A stretch of 64,000 bases of DNA from Gammaproteobacteria bacterium (lineage in GTDB: Bacteria; Pseudomonadota; Gammaproteobacteria; Ga0077536): assembly GCA_963662545.2 (NCBI GenBank), contig CAXXLL010000002.1, positions 1,984,001 to 2,048,000 of the forward strand, written 5' to 3'. The notes beneath the pieces are model-generated. The model did not search any database and was not told the origin of the DNA. It worked only from the letters and a program-made list of their open reading frames with translations. This document shows positions 46,799 through 57,110 of the stretch, piece after piece. Every line of letters starts with the position of its first letter. The stretch's first letter is position 1. The position numbers and the translations under genes are program-made.

Positions 46799-49258
46799 AT
46801 GACTCAATCTCAACGGATCCTCGATGCCGCATTGGCAGGCATGACGCCTGCGCCTCCGGACGCGTTGCAGCTTGCCGAATGTAAGGACATCGGCTCACTG
46901 CTTCAATGTGCCGGCAGCCTGCGAGACGCGGGCTTCGGATCGAGCGTCACCTACTCACGCAAGATATTCATACCGCTGACCCAGTTGTGCCGCGACGTCT
47001 GCCATTACTGCACGTTTGCACAAGCGCCCAAACGGCTTACCGCGCCCTACATGAAACTCGAGGAAGTCGTTGAACTCGCGGAGCAGGGGCGGGCCCACGG
47101 CTGCAAGGAAGCTCTTTTCACTCTGGGAGAAAAACCGGAGCTGCGCTACCAAACGGCGCGCGACGGCCTTGCCGCGATGGGCTACGCAAGCACGCTCGAA
47201 TACCTGCGCGACGCGGCCGCGGCGGTGTTCGAAAACTCCGGATTGCTACCGCACATGAATCCGGGGACCCTGACCGCGGACGAGTGCCGGATGTTGCGCG
47301 AAGTCTCACCCAGCATGGGCATCATGCTCGAATCCGCCAGTTCGCGCCTCTGTGAAAAAGGCATGCCGCATCACGGATCGCCCGACAAAGACCCCCGCGT
47401 TCGATTAGAAACCCTGCGCAATGCCGGACGGGCGCGCATCCCGTTCACCACCGGTATTCTGATCGGCATCGGTGAGACCCGCCGCGAACGAATCGAATCA
47501 TTACTGGCAATTCGTGCGGTTCACGAGGAGTTCGGCCACATTCAGGAAATCATTATCCAAAACTTCCGCGCCAAACCGGGCACGAAGATGAACCATGCGC
47601 CGGAACCCGACCTCGAGGAAATGCTCTGGACGCTCGCGCTCGCGCGCATCCTGTTCGGATCTGCCATGAGCATCCAGGCGCCGCCCAACCTGAGTCCCGG
47701 CTGTCTGCCGAATCTCGTCGCCGCCGGTATCAACGATTGGGGCGGCGTTTCGCCCCTGACGCCGGACCACGTCAATCCCGAAGCACCCTGGCCACACCTC
47801 GAGGAGCTGGCACGCGATACTCGTGCCGCCGGTAAAACGCTTCACGAACGCTTGACGATTTACCCGCACTACGTGCGCGAGGCGACCGATTGGGTTGACG
47901 AGCGCTTCCTGACACCGCTGCTCCAGGCGACGGACGCCGAAGGTTATCCGCGCTCCGATGAATGGTGCCCAGGTGACGACATCGCACCGCCCACCGAGAT
48001 CACAAGCGCAGTCACGGCCTCGCTAAAATCTGTTTCGCGTGACCTTCAGGCGATTCTCAATCGTGTCACCGACGGTGAACAACTTGCGGAAAGCGAGGTC
48101 GCGCGTCTGTTCGGCGCCCGCGGCGACGATTTTACCGCGGTATGCCGCGCCGCCGACGATCTGCGACTAGCGGTCAACGGTGACACCGTGAGTTTCGTCG
48201 TCAATCGCAACATCAATTACACCAATGTGTGCTATTTCAAGTGTCAGTTCTGCGCGTTTTCCAAGGGCAAGCTGAGCGAGAACCTGCGTGGTCAACCCTA
48301 CGACCTCGAAGCCGGCGAGATCCAGCGCCGCGTCCGGGAAGCCTGGGATCGGGGTGCGACCGAGGTCTGCATGCAGGGCGGTATTCACCCGCAATATACC
48401 GGCGAAACTTATCTCGACATCCTGCGGACGGTGAAGGATGCGGTGCCCGACATGCACGTGCACGCCTTCTCACCGCTCGAGGTCTGGCAGGGTGCGAAAA
48501 CCTTAGATCTGCCGCTCGCAGACTATCTCCAGCGCTTGCAGGACGCGGGGCTAGGGACCCTGCCCGGGACTGCCGGCGAAGTGCTGGACGACGAAATCCG
48601 CGCCATCATCTGCCCCGACAAGATCAACACGGCCCAATGGCTAGAGGTCATGCGCGTGGCGCACGCAACCGGCTTTCGAACGACCGCGACGATCATGTAC
48701 GGTCACGTCGACCATGCGATCAACTGGGCGCGCCACCTGCTGCGCGTACGTGACCTGCAGATCGAGACCGGCGGCTTCACCGAATTCGTGCCGCTGCCGT
48801 TCGTGCACATGGAAGCGCCTTTGTACCTCAAGGGTCGCGCGCGCAAGGGACCCACCTTCCGCGAGGCCGTATTAATGCACGCCGTCGCGCGGCTCACGCT
48901 GCATCCGCACATCACCAATATCCAGGCTTCGTGGGTGAAGATGGGCCATGAAGGCGTCGTCGCTTGCCTCAACGCCGGTGTGAACGATCTCGGCGGTACC
49001 TTGATGAACGAAAGCATCACCCGGGCGGCTGGCGCCTCTCACGGTCAAGAGACTTCTCCGGAGCGCATGATCGCGATGATCGAAGCGGCTGGACGCAAAC
49101 CCAGGCAGCGCACCACGACCTACGGCGAGGTTGCTTTTGAGCGCATCGAGGCGTCGCGCGGCGCGCTGGCGCTGGACACGATTGTCAATACGCCGGCGCG
49201 CCGTTATGAACGGCATGGCCGCCGTACACTGGTTCGCTCGCGCGCCCAAGCCGGTTGA
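46799..49258 (+). CDS. fbiC: bifunctional FO synthase (CofG-CofH fusion)
   Basis: Two radical-SAM motifs CRDVCHYC and CYFKCQFC; GINDWGGVSP, NDLGGTLMNESI. Confidence 0.97.
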   Translation: MTQSQRILDAALAGMTPAPPDALQLAECKDIGSLLQCAGSLRDAGFGSSVTYSRKIFIPLTQLCRDVCHYCTFAQAPKRLTAPYMKLEEVVELAEQGRAHGCKEALFTLGEKPELRYQTARDGLAAMGYASTLEYLRDAAAAVFENSGLLPHMNPGTLTADECRMLREVSPSMGIMLESASSRLCEKGMPHHGSPDKDPRVRLETLRNAGRARIPFTTGILIGIGETRRERIESLLAIRAVHEEFGHIQEIIIQNFRAKPGTKMNHAPEPDLEEMLWTLALARILFGSAMSIQAPPNLSPGCLPNLVAAGINDWGGVSPLTPDHVNPEAPWPHLEELARDTRAAGKTLHERLTIYPHYVREATDWVDERFLTPLLQATDAEGYPRSDEWCPGDDIAPPTEITSAVTASLKSVSRDLQAILNRVTDGEQLAESEVARLFGARGDDFTAVCRAADDLRLAVNGDTVSFVVNRNINYTNVCYFKCQFCAFSKGKLSENLRGQPYDLEAGEIQRRVREAWDRGATEVCMQGGIHPQYTGETYLDILRTVKDAVPDMHVHAFSPLEVWQGAKTLDLPLADYLQRLQDAGLGTLPGTAGEVLDDEIRAIICPDKINTAQWLEVMRVAHATGFRTTATIMYGHVDHAINWARHLLRVRDLQIETGGFTEFVPLPFVHMEAPLYLKGRARKGPTFREAVLMHAVARLTLHPHITNIQASWVKMGHEGVVACLNAGVNDLGGTLMNESITRAAGASHGQETSPERMIAMIEAAGRKPRQRTTTYGEVAFERIEASRGALALDTIVNTPARRYERHGRRTLVRSRAQAG

Positions 49259-49283
49259 ACGCGACCCTGCGATCGTCGAACCC

Positions 49284-50507
49284 ATGACGACTCCGCCCAA
49301 ACACATTCTCAACGGTTATCGCGTGCTCGATATGACGCACGTGATTGCCGGACCGACGGCAACGCGCTTGATGGCGGAGATGGGCGCCGAGATCATCAAG
49401 GTCGAGTTCCCGCCGCTGGGCGACGTGTCGCGCAGTTTGCCGGCCTTGAAGAACGGGCGAAGCGCGTACTACACCCAGCAGAACCGGGGCAAGAAAAGCC
49501 TTTGCCTGGACGTGAAAAGCGAAGAGGGTAAGACGATTCTGACCGATCTGATCAGAAAATCTGACGTCTTTATCGAAAATTTCGCACCGGGCGCCATCGG
49601 CCGGCTTGGTTTCGGCTGGGACAAGGTGCATGAACTCAATCGGAACATCGTCATGTGCTCGGTATCTGCGTTCGGACAAACCGGTTCACTGTCCGCCTTG
49701 CCGGGATTCGATTACATCGCACAGGCCTACAGCGGCATCACCGATATGATCGGCGAGCCAGGAGCGGCGCCGGCACTACCCATGGCTGCGATCGGCGACG
49801 TTTCGACCGGGGTCCACGCCGCGTGCGCTATCGGCTATGCCCTGCTGCATCGCGAGCGCGGCGGCGAAGGCCAGTACCTCGACATTTCGCTGGTCGACGC
49901 CTATATGGGCTGCCATGAACTGAACGTCCAGATATACAGCGTGAGCGGCGGTGCCGACGAACCGACGCGTTCCGGCAGCCACCACTACGCCGTTTGTCCA
50001 CTGGGTCTGTTCAAAGGTAAGAACGGCTGGATCTGCATCATCGCCCTGCAGCCCCAGTGGCCGTCGGTATGCCGCGCCATCGGCCGCCCGGACCTGATCG
50101 AAGATCCCCGCTACGATGTCAACGAAAAGCGTGTGGCCGCGGCGCCGGAAGTGATCGACATCATCCAGGCCTGGATCGACGCCGCGCCCTCCGACGAAGC
50201 CGTCTTCGAGGCGCTCCAAGCTGAACGCGTACCCTGCGCGCCGGTGTTGAAGATCTCCGAGGTCGTCAATCACCCGCACATGCGCGAGCGCGGCACCGTC
50301 CGCACGATTCGCGACCCCAAGCTGGGCAAGGTCGTGATGCCGGGCATGCCGCTCAGATTTTCCGGCTTCGAACACAACTGCCACATGGAAGCGGCATCGC
50401 TCGGCGAGCACAATGCCGAGGTGTTGCGCGAAGTGCTCGAATACTCCGACGACGAGATCGATACTCTCGATCGGTCCGGCGTACTCCACGACAATCCGGA
50501 CACCTGA
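49284..50507 (+). CDS. CaiB/BaiF family III CoA-transferase
   Basis: HVIAGP, QNRGKKSL, ENFAPG, GFDYIAQA. Confidence 0.92.
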   Translation: MTTPPKHILNGYRVLDMTHVIAGPTATRLMAEMGAEIIKVEFPPLGDVSRSLPALKNGRSAYYTQQNRGKKSLCLDVKSEEGKTILTDLIRKSDVFIENFAPGAIGRLGFGWDKVHELNRNIVMCSVSAFGQTGSLSALPGFDYIAQAYSGITDMIGEPGAAPALPMAAIGDVSTGVHAACAIGYALLHRERGGEGQYLDISLVDAYMGCHELNVQIYSVSGGADEPTRSGSHHYAVCPLGLFKGKNGWICIIALQPQWPSVCRAIGRPDLIEDPRYDVNEKRVAAAPEVIDIIQAWIDAAPSDEAVFEALQAERVPCAPVLKISEVVNHPHMRERGTVRTIRDPKLGKVVMPGMPLRFSGFEHNCHMEAASLGEHNAEVLREVLEYSDDEIDTLDRSGVLHDNPDT

Positions 50508-50570
50508 GTCCGCGTTCGCGATCATTCGCCCGCACACGGGCGAATGATTAACGCAAGAGCGAAAGCCAGG

Positions 50571-51473
50571 TCACTCCGGCGCTACCTCGCTCGTCGCGGC
50601 GCGGTGTTCGGTGATCGCCTTGTAGGCCAGCAGGATGAGGCCGCCGATGATGAAGCTGATGCCGACGAGGTCAGCCACATCGAGAGGCTCGTTCAAATGA
50701 AACGAGGTCGAGAACACCGCGACCACGGGTATGAAGAGAATCATCATACTGGCGACGCCCGCCGGCAGGTAGTCCAGTACGTAAACCCACAGCAGCCACC
50801 CGAAAGCGGTCGATACGAACGCGGTGAACCCGAGCGAAAGCAGGAAGCGATCCGTCCACTCGATCGGCGCTTCTCCGGCGAATCCCGCGATCACCAGGAG
50901 AAAAGTAGCCCCGAAAGCCATTTGCCACGCGGTTAGCTGCAGCAAGTCCATCGGCGCCTTGCGTTGAATGCGTTTGATCATGACGGCGCTCGCCGCCCAC
51001 AGGAAACCGGCCGTCACCGCGAGCACATTGCTTTTGAGACTCCCGTTCCCCGACCAGGGCTGAAACACCGCCGTCAGCCCGGCCGCTGCGCAAGCGACCG
51101 CCGCCCATTGCAGGCCACGGACGCGCTCGTTCAGGAACAGCCATGCCAACAAGAGCGTCCAGAAAGGCATGCTGAAGACGAGGATCGACGTGCGGTTCGC
51201 CGCGCCTTCGGTGACCGCCCATTGTGAACACCCGACCAGCCCGGTGGTATTGACGAGACCCAGGGCGAGCAGTTCCGGGATCCGTTGCGGAATGAAGCGT
51301 CGGCCCGTCAACGGCAGCGCCAGCAGCAGGCAAACGGCGCCGATTGAGCAGCGCAATGCAGCGAAGCTGAACGGTCCCGCGTCGAGCGATCCGAGCTTGA
51401 GGAAGACCCAGCTATAGCCCCAGAGGACCGACAGAGTGACGAGGGCGGCAGCAATCGGCGCGCGTATGGGCAT
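50571..51473 (-). CDS. DMT/EamA family transporter
   Basis: About 10 hydrophobic segments; LWGYSW, FLNER repeat pattern. Confidence 0.92.
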   Translation of the reverse strand: MPIRAPIAAALVTLSVLWGYSWVFLKLGSLDAGPFSFAALRCSIGAVCLLLALPLTGRRFIPQRIPELLALGLVNTTGLVGCSQWAVTEGAANRTSILVFSMPFWTLLLAWLFLNERVRGLQWAAVACAAAGLTAVFQPWSGNGSLKSNVLAVTAGFLWAASAVMIKRIQRKAPMDLLQLTAWQMAFGATFLLVIAGFAGEAPIEWTDRFLLSLGFTAFVSTAFGWLLWVYVLDYLPAGVASMMILFIPVVAVFSTSFHLNEPLDVADLVGISFIIGGLILLAYKAITEHRAATSEVAPE

Positions 51474-52079
51474 GGCAGGGCTTTCGTTAGGTTGCAGGGA
51501 AATCGAGCGCGCTCGATGGGAAGCGCGACTCTAACGCCTCCGTACCGTTTTGTCAGCTAGCCCTCATTCACCCTTGAACTGCGGCGGTTACCAGATTGCG
51601 TATTCGATCGTGCAGAACTCGGAGAAGAGGAAAGACTCCAGGATCCTGTCTGGCCGCCCGTGATCACGCCGAAGCGCGTGCTCCGATTACCCGGGGGAAA
51701 TTCGTCAGCATGTTGGCGTCGCCGGCGGGGCTCGGCGAACCCGGCCCCCTCCGCTTCAACTATGCGACGCATTGGCTCGAGCATCGACAAGACCGATCTC
51801 GGCCGCATTGTCCAGAAGAGGCTGCTGCTTTGCAGGGCGATCGGCGGGTGCTGCTGTTGGCGCCCGATGAACGAGCCCGGTGGAAGATTCAAGCGCGGTC
51901 GCAGGCTCAGTCACGACTGAGAACGAGGATTGCCCGCATCGTCTATCGAGCCGTTTGCGGGTCAAACGAACTGTTACGCAAGCTAGTTCCAAAAACCCGG
52001 CTTGCCGTGAGTCTAAATGCCTCGCGTACGATCGCTATCCCGGATAGCGGCGACAACCCGGAATAAGCTGGTGACTGTA

Positions 52080-52196
52080 GGGGGAATTTTGGGGGGAATT
52101 CTGGGGGAAATTCTGAGGACAGTTTGCTTAATTCCCGCGCAACCCATGCTGAACGGCTCGGCTTGGCATAATTAAGTAAACTGTCCCCGCAATTTC
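52080..52196. repeat. inverted repeat preceded by GGGGAATT tandem units
   Basis: gaaattctgaggacagtttgcttaatt (52107-52133) vs aattaagtaaactgtccccgcaatttc (52170-52196). Confidence 0.75.
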
Positions 52197-52613
52197 TTAA
52201 CCAGCCTTCCGAAGAATTTCTTTGCTGCGCGAGCGTCGCGTTTCTTTCGCACAAGAAGATGAATCACATCTCCATCCTGGTCTACGGCTCTGTATAGATA
52301 TCGCTGCTGACCCTCAATCCGGACGAACACCTCATCGACGTACCAGGTATCGCCGTATCCACTGTTGCGTTTTCTGAGGCAGAATGCATATTTCGGTCCG
52401 AATTTTATGCATCAGCGACGAACCGTCTCATAAGATACTTGGATCTCTCGCTGCGCGAGCAAATCCTCGATATCACCGAAGCTTAGACTGAATCGATGAA
52501 AGAGCCAGACTGTCTATTGGATGATTTCGGGCGAGAAGCGGTGGCGGTGATATTGACTATTAGGCGCTTTCATATCGCCACTTTGCCTAATCGTCGGTTA
52601 ACGTGACTATACC
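52197..52613 (-). pseudogene. IS6-family transposase remnant with one TIR
   Basis: From ATG 52573: YHRHRFSPEIIQ*TVW...SYETVRR*CIKFG...WYVDEVFV...YRAVDQDG; two in-frame stops, truncated; IS6-like end ggtatagtcacgttaa at 52598-52613. Confidence 0.9.
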
Positions 52614-52650
52614 TTTGAGAGTGTACACATTGAACCGGAGAGACTATTAG

Positions 52651-53412
52651 ATGACCGAGCATTGATTTGCGAACCGGGTCGCCCTGATCCTTGGCGGCAC
52701 CAGCGGCATCGGGCGTGCCGCAGCCTTGCGCTTTGCAGCCGAAGGCGCGGCGGTTGTCATCGGTGGCCGCAACGTTGACAACGGCGAGGATATATCCGAA
52801 GAAATTTGCGGGGCCAGCGGCGATGCGCTTTTCGCCCGGACCGACGTCGGCTCGCTCGAACAGGTCCAGGCCATCGTCGCCACCACGCTTGAACGCTTCG
52901 GCCGGCTCGATTGTGCGTTCAACAATGCCGGTTGGGAAGGCACGGGCAGCGCCACAGCCGACACCAGTGAAAGCGACTGGCAACGCATGATCGACATTAA
53001 ATTGAACGGCGTGTGGCGCGGCGTCCGCGAACAAATACCCGCTATGCTGAAAGGCAGCGGTGGCAGCATCGTCAACATGGCCGGCAACTGGGGCCTGGTC
53101 GGTTTTCCGAATTACGCCTCCTATTGTGCCGCCGCACACGGGGTCCTCGGCCTGACCAAGGCGGCAGCGCTCGAGTACGCGGGACAGGGGATCAGAATCA
53201 ACGCGGTGTACCCCGGCGCAGTCGATGCTCCGCTGCTGGATCGCATGGTCGGCGGCGACGCGTCGATCAAGGCCGCATTCGCCGCGGAGCTACCGGCCGG
53301 CCGGCTCGCGACCGAGGAAGATGTCGCTGAGGCCGTGTTATGGCTGGCGTCGGATGCGGCAGCTTACGTCAACGGCACGAGTATTGTTCTCGACGGTGGG
53401 GGCAAGCCGTGA
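52651..53412 (+). pseudogene. SDR oxidoreductase with a nonsense codon at codon 5
   Basis: ATG ACC GAG CAT TGA TTT GCG AAC CGG GTC... is in frame with GGTSGIG and with the ORF starting at 52726 (NNAG, YCAAAH); RBS GGAG upstream. Confidence 0.82.
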
Positions 53413-53417
53413 GGCGA

Positions 53418-53738
53418 TCAGTCGCCGTTCGGCACCTCGATCCACACGGCATCGCCGACGATCGTGACCGCATACGTATTGACCGGCACGATGCACGGTC
53501 GACCGACGGCAATGCCCGTGCGTATGTCAAAGCTGCCACCGTGAAAAGGACAGATAACAGCGTCGTTTTCCACCTCGCCCATCGACAGCAATGCACCACC
53601 GTGCGTACAGATGTCATCGATCGCGTGGAATCCATCTTCAAGATGATAGATCCCAATTGGATCCCGCCCGTCGAAGTTGATACGTTTACCCGAACCTGGC
53701 GCCACATCGGTCGTTTTGCAGACTTCAATCCTGGCCAT
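53418..53738 (-). CDS. Rieske [2Fe-2S] ferredoxin
   Basis: DDICTH...ICPFHGGSFDIRTG. Confidence 0.95.
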   Translation of the reverse strand: MARIEVCKTTDVAPGSGKRINFDGRDPIGIYHLEDGFHAIDDICTHGGALLSMGEVENDAVICPFHGGSFDIRTGIAVGRPCIVPVNTYAVTIVGDAVWIEVPNGD

Positions 53739-53808
53739 GGCGCTGGCATTCTACCGCAGTGCCAGGCGCCCGAATGACGCCATCACCAGCATCCATGGAA
53801 AACGCAAA

Positions 53809-55095
53809 ATGAATGACGCTAATTCCATCGCGGCCGATCTGATCCGCCGCACCGCAGCCTACGTACCCGACGTCGAGGTGCCCGACAGCGCGGCACCGAG
53901 CGCGCAAAAGCCATGGCAAACCTGGCTCGAAGCGGAGTTCGGTTTCCGCAACCACTGGTATCCCGTCGAAGCCAGCCGCAACATCCGTGACGGTGAACAC
54001 AAGCTCGTCAAGCTGCTGGGCGAAGACATCCTGTATCTCCGACGTAAAGGCCGTCTTTTCGCGATAGAAGATCGCTGCTGCCACCGCGGCACGAGGTTTT
54101 CAGTCCGCCCGATTCATTACACCGACGATACCATCACCTGTTGGCACCACACCTTCACCTTTAATCTCGACGACGGTCACATCCGCTGCATACTGAATGA
54201 TCCTGAATCGACGCTCTGCGGTGCGCGTGGAATAAAGAGCTATCCGGTGCGCGAGGAAAAGGGGATTATTTTTACGTTCGTCGGCGACATCGAGCCGCCG
54301 CCGCTCGAATACGATGTGCCGCCGGGATTCATGGACGATAACGTCGCCATAGCGGTGGCTGACCCTTATGTCGTCAATGCGAGCTGGCGCCTGGGATGCG
54401 AAGGCGGCTACGACCCCGGACATCATTTCATTCACAACTGGTCGCGCTACTCCATCAATGCCCGCATGCCGATGTCGTTCGGTTGGGTATCGGAAACGGA
54501 ATCGTTGTTGAAAGCGACTGTGTATCAAAAGAGCGACGCGGGTCCGCGCGGGTTCACACGCTTTGCCGGCGAAACCACCATCTCCATGTCCGCGACCATT
54601 CCGGGCCGCAACGGCGATGCCGACAAGGAAGTCGTCCTGCCGATACTCAAGGGACAGACGCCACCTGAAGTCGAGGCGCTAATGCGCAGTACCCAGGAAA
54701 CCAAGGTCGGGCTGTGGATGCCCTGTGGACTCAAAGTCGATCCCTGGCCGTTTCCCGGCGTGATCCACAACGAGTATTACGTGCCGCGCGACGCGACCTC
54801 GCACCACTATTTCCAATGCGGCTGGAAAGTGTGCGAAACGGACGAAGAGCGTGAGGAATGGACCGACGGCGAATTGGGCCGGGTGCGCTGGAAAGTGCCG
54901 GTGGTCGAAGATTTCACGGTACAGGATGCCGAGGCGCGCGAAGGCATCGCCAAATTCTATGCCGAAGAAGACGGCTGGGAGCAGGAGCAGCTCGCGCGGG
55001 CCGACATCGAATTGCTGATGTGGCGCGTGTTTGCCGGGGACACCTGCCGCGGGGTACAGACTATCGAACACACCAAAGGCTTGTTCAAGCGATGA
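53809..55095 (+). CDS. Rieske non-heme iron oxygenase, CarAa/OxoO (alpha3) family
   Basis: GFRNHWYP, KLLGE, DRCCHRG...TCWHH, WRL-EGGYDPGHHFIH, QDAEARE. Confidence 0.9.
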   Translation: MNDANSIAADLIRRTAAYVPDVEVPDSAAPSAQKPWQTWLEAEFGFRNHWYPVEASRNIRDGEHKLVKLLGEDILYLRRKGRLFAIEDRCCHRGTRFSVRPIHYTDDTITCWHHTFTFNLDDGHIRCILNDPESTLCGARGIKSYPVREEKGIIFTFVGDIEPPPLEYDVPPGFMDDNVAIAVADPYVVNASWRLGCEGGYDPGHHFIHNWSRYSINARMPMSFGWVSETESLLKATVYQKSDAGPRGFTRFAGETTISMSATIPGRNGDADKEVVLPILKGQTPPEVEALMRSTQETKVGLWMPCGLKVDPWPFPGVIHNEYYVPRDATSHHYFQCGWKVCETDEEREEWTDGELGRVRWKVPVVEDFTVQDAEAREGIAKFYAEEDGWEQEQLARADIELLMWRVFAGDTCRGVQTIEHTKGLFKR

Positions 55096-55099
55096 TCAT

Positions 55100-55708
55100 A
55101 TGACGTCGATCCTGCATATCGATTGCAGTGCGCGAACGAGCGGATCGGTGACGCGCGCGCTCTCCGGGCGAGTCGTAGAAAACCTGCGCACGGCCGACGC
55201 GAGCGCGACGGTGACCCGACGGGATCTGACGACAATAGATCTGCCCCATGTCGACGGCGCCGTCGCGGAAGCCTTGTTCATCGACGATGAAACGCTCGAT
55301 GAACAGCAAAAGCACGCCCTCACCTTGTCCGATCTGCTGACTGGCGAACTCCTCGCCGCGGAAACGGTGGTGGCGGGTATCCCGATGTACAACTTCAGCG
55401 TGCCGTCGAGCTTCAAGGCATGGATCGATCTTGTCGTACGCCCGCGTAAGACGTTTCGCAAGGTTGCGAACGGTCAACTCGAAGGCCTTTGCCGCGGCAA
55501 ACGACTCTTTGCCTGCACGGCCGGACACGGTCAGTTCAACGGCACACCCCTCGATCACCTGCGTCCCTATCTGGAAAAAGTGTTCGGCTTCATCGGCTTC
55601 GAGGAAGTCGTTTTCTTTGACGCCGAACGCATGGCATGGGGACCGCAAGAAAAACAACGATCGATCGCCGCGGCCAGCGTGGCCATCGATGCCCATTTCG
55701 CGACGTGA
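55100..55708 (+). CDS. FMN-dependent NADH azoreductase/quinone reductase (AzoR/AcpD-like)
   Basis: ILHIDCSAR-SVTR, PMYNFSVPSSFKAWID, FGFIGF. Confidence 0.92.
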   Translation: MTSILHIDCSARTSGSVTRALSGRVVENLRTADASATVTRRDLTTIDLPHVDGAVAEALFIDDETLDEQQKHALTLSDLLTGELLAAETVVAGIPMYNFSVPSSFKAWIDLVVRPRKTFRKVANGQLEGLCRGKRLFACTAGHGQFNGTPLDHLRPYLEKVFGFIGFEEVVFFDAERMAWGPQEKQRSIAAASVAIDAHFAT

Positions 55709-55719
55709 AGGAGAGTACC

Positions 55720-57063
55720 TTGAGCTTGAATCCAACCCCGCTGCCCTTTTCAACTGAGCAGCAAGGCTTCTACGAGGCGGCTTGCGCACAGATCGATGCT
55801 GCTCGCCTGAAACAACTCACCTTCGATCTGACCGCTATCCACAGCCCAACCGGCGCAGAGGAGGCCGCAAGCCGTTACCTCGTCGGATATATGAATGACG
55901 CGGGCCTGCCCGCCCAGTATCAGGCGGTCAGCGCGTCTAGCGGCAACTGCATCGGGCGCATCGTCGGTGACGGCACCGGCCCGACCGTTATGTTGTACGC
56001 GCCGATCGATACCCATCTCGACGCTGATCCCGATATCGATCTGCCGTGGGCGGGGCCCAGCTTGCGCGCCGATATGTTGCCGCATGCCGAAATCCATGGT
56101 GATACGGTGCTGGGCTTGGGCGCGTCCAATCCGAAATCGATGATCGCTACCTTGACGGAAGCCGCACGGTGCGTACAAGCGGCAGGGGTTCCGCTCAAGG
56201 GCGATATCCTAGTCGCTTCCTGCGGTGGTGGTATGCCTTGGATTGCGACAGAGCGCGCGCATACCGGGATCAGCAGCGGCGTCATGCACATGCTGTCGCA
56301 CGGGATCGCCGCCGACTTCGGCGTGATATTCAAACCTTGGGACGAGGTCTACTACGAACATCCCGGCATGGTCTGGTTCAAGATAACGACCTGGGGTTCG
56401 ATGGGGTATGCCGGGATCCCGCGCGGCATTCCAGAATTCCGCAGCTCCATCGTGCCCGGCGCCCGCGTCATACTCGACCTTGAGCAATGGCTTTCGGAAT
56501 ACCCGAGCGGCCACATGAGCGCGCAGATCAAACCCGAAGGCTGGATTGCCGCAGTGCGCGCCGGCTGGCCGGATAAGCCGGCCTTCCCATCGGCCGCGTG
56601 TGAGATCTATGTCGATCTGAGAACCAATCCAGACCAAAGCATGGCCGAAATCGAAGCGGAATTCGGCGCGGTCATGCGCGAGATCGTCGCCCGCCACGAT
56701 GACGTCGAGGCCACCTGGGAAACTTTCGTCACCTGTCGCGGTTCGCGCACCGAGCCCGACAATTGGATCATACAGAGTGCGTTGCGTGGCTGGGAATCGG
56801 TGCATGAACGCAGTTACCCGGGAGCCGAGATGCTGAGCGGCCAGACCGACGCGGCGACCATCTGTCAGATGGGATTACCGTTGGTGCGCATCGGCTATCC
56901 CTGGGTCGGCGACAAAGACATGCCAAAGGAATTCAGCGATGGTCTCGGTGGGATGGGCGTCGCCTTCATTCCGGATCTCATCGATCCCATGCGTCATTTG
57001 ATTTACATCCTGATCGATTCGTGTACGCGCACGCGCGAAGAAGTCGGGCTCAAACACGGCTGA
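55720..57063 (+). CDS. M20/ArgE-fold protein lacking canonical metal ligands
   Basis: SPTGAEE, GTGPTVMLYAPIDTH, GLGASNPK, VDLRT, GQTDA; TTG start after AAGGAG. Confidence 0.8.
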   Translation: MSLNPTPLPFSTEQQGFYEAACAQIDAARLKQLTFDLTAIHSPTGAEEAASRYLVGYMNDAGLPAQYQAVSASSGNCIGRIVGDGTGPTVMLYAPIDTHLDADPDIDLPWAGPSLRADMLPHAEIHGDTVLGLGASNPKSMIATLTEAARCVQAAGVPLKGDILVASCGGGMPWIATERAHTGISSGVMHMLSHGIAADFGVIFKPWDEVYYEHPGMVWFKITTWGSMGYAGIPRGIPEFRSSIVPGARVILDLEQWLSEYPSGHMSAQIKPEGWIAAVRAGWPDKPAFPSAACEIYVDLRTNPDQSMAEIEAEFGAVMREIVARHDDVEATWETFVTCRGSRTEPDNWIIQSALRGWESVHERSYPGAEMLSGQTDAATICQMGLPLVRIGYPWVGDKDMPKEFSDGLGGMGVAFIPDLIDPMRHLIYILIDSCTRTREEVGLKHG

Positions 57064-57110
57064 CGTTGGCCGCATGAACGGCGCGCATCATTCGTAACGA
57101 GGAACTCGGC

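Noticed and set aside
51596-52066. 156-aa ORF in the gap after the DMT gene
   Set aside because: Arg-rich, no motif and no clear RBS; competing ORFs in several frames
52080-52120. CRISPR-like or G-quadruplex interpretation of the GGGGAATT units
   Set aside because: No spacers and no cas genes; better explained as duplicated repeat ends
52400-52665. Stop-codon recoding (TGA as Trp or Sec) suggested by in-frame TGA in the IS6 remnant and the SDR
   Set aside because: TGA terminates many intact genes in the window, and the IS6 remnant also has a TAG and is truncated
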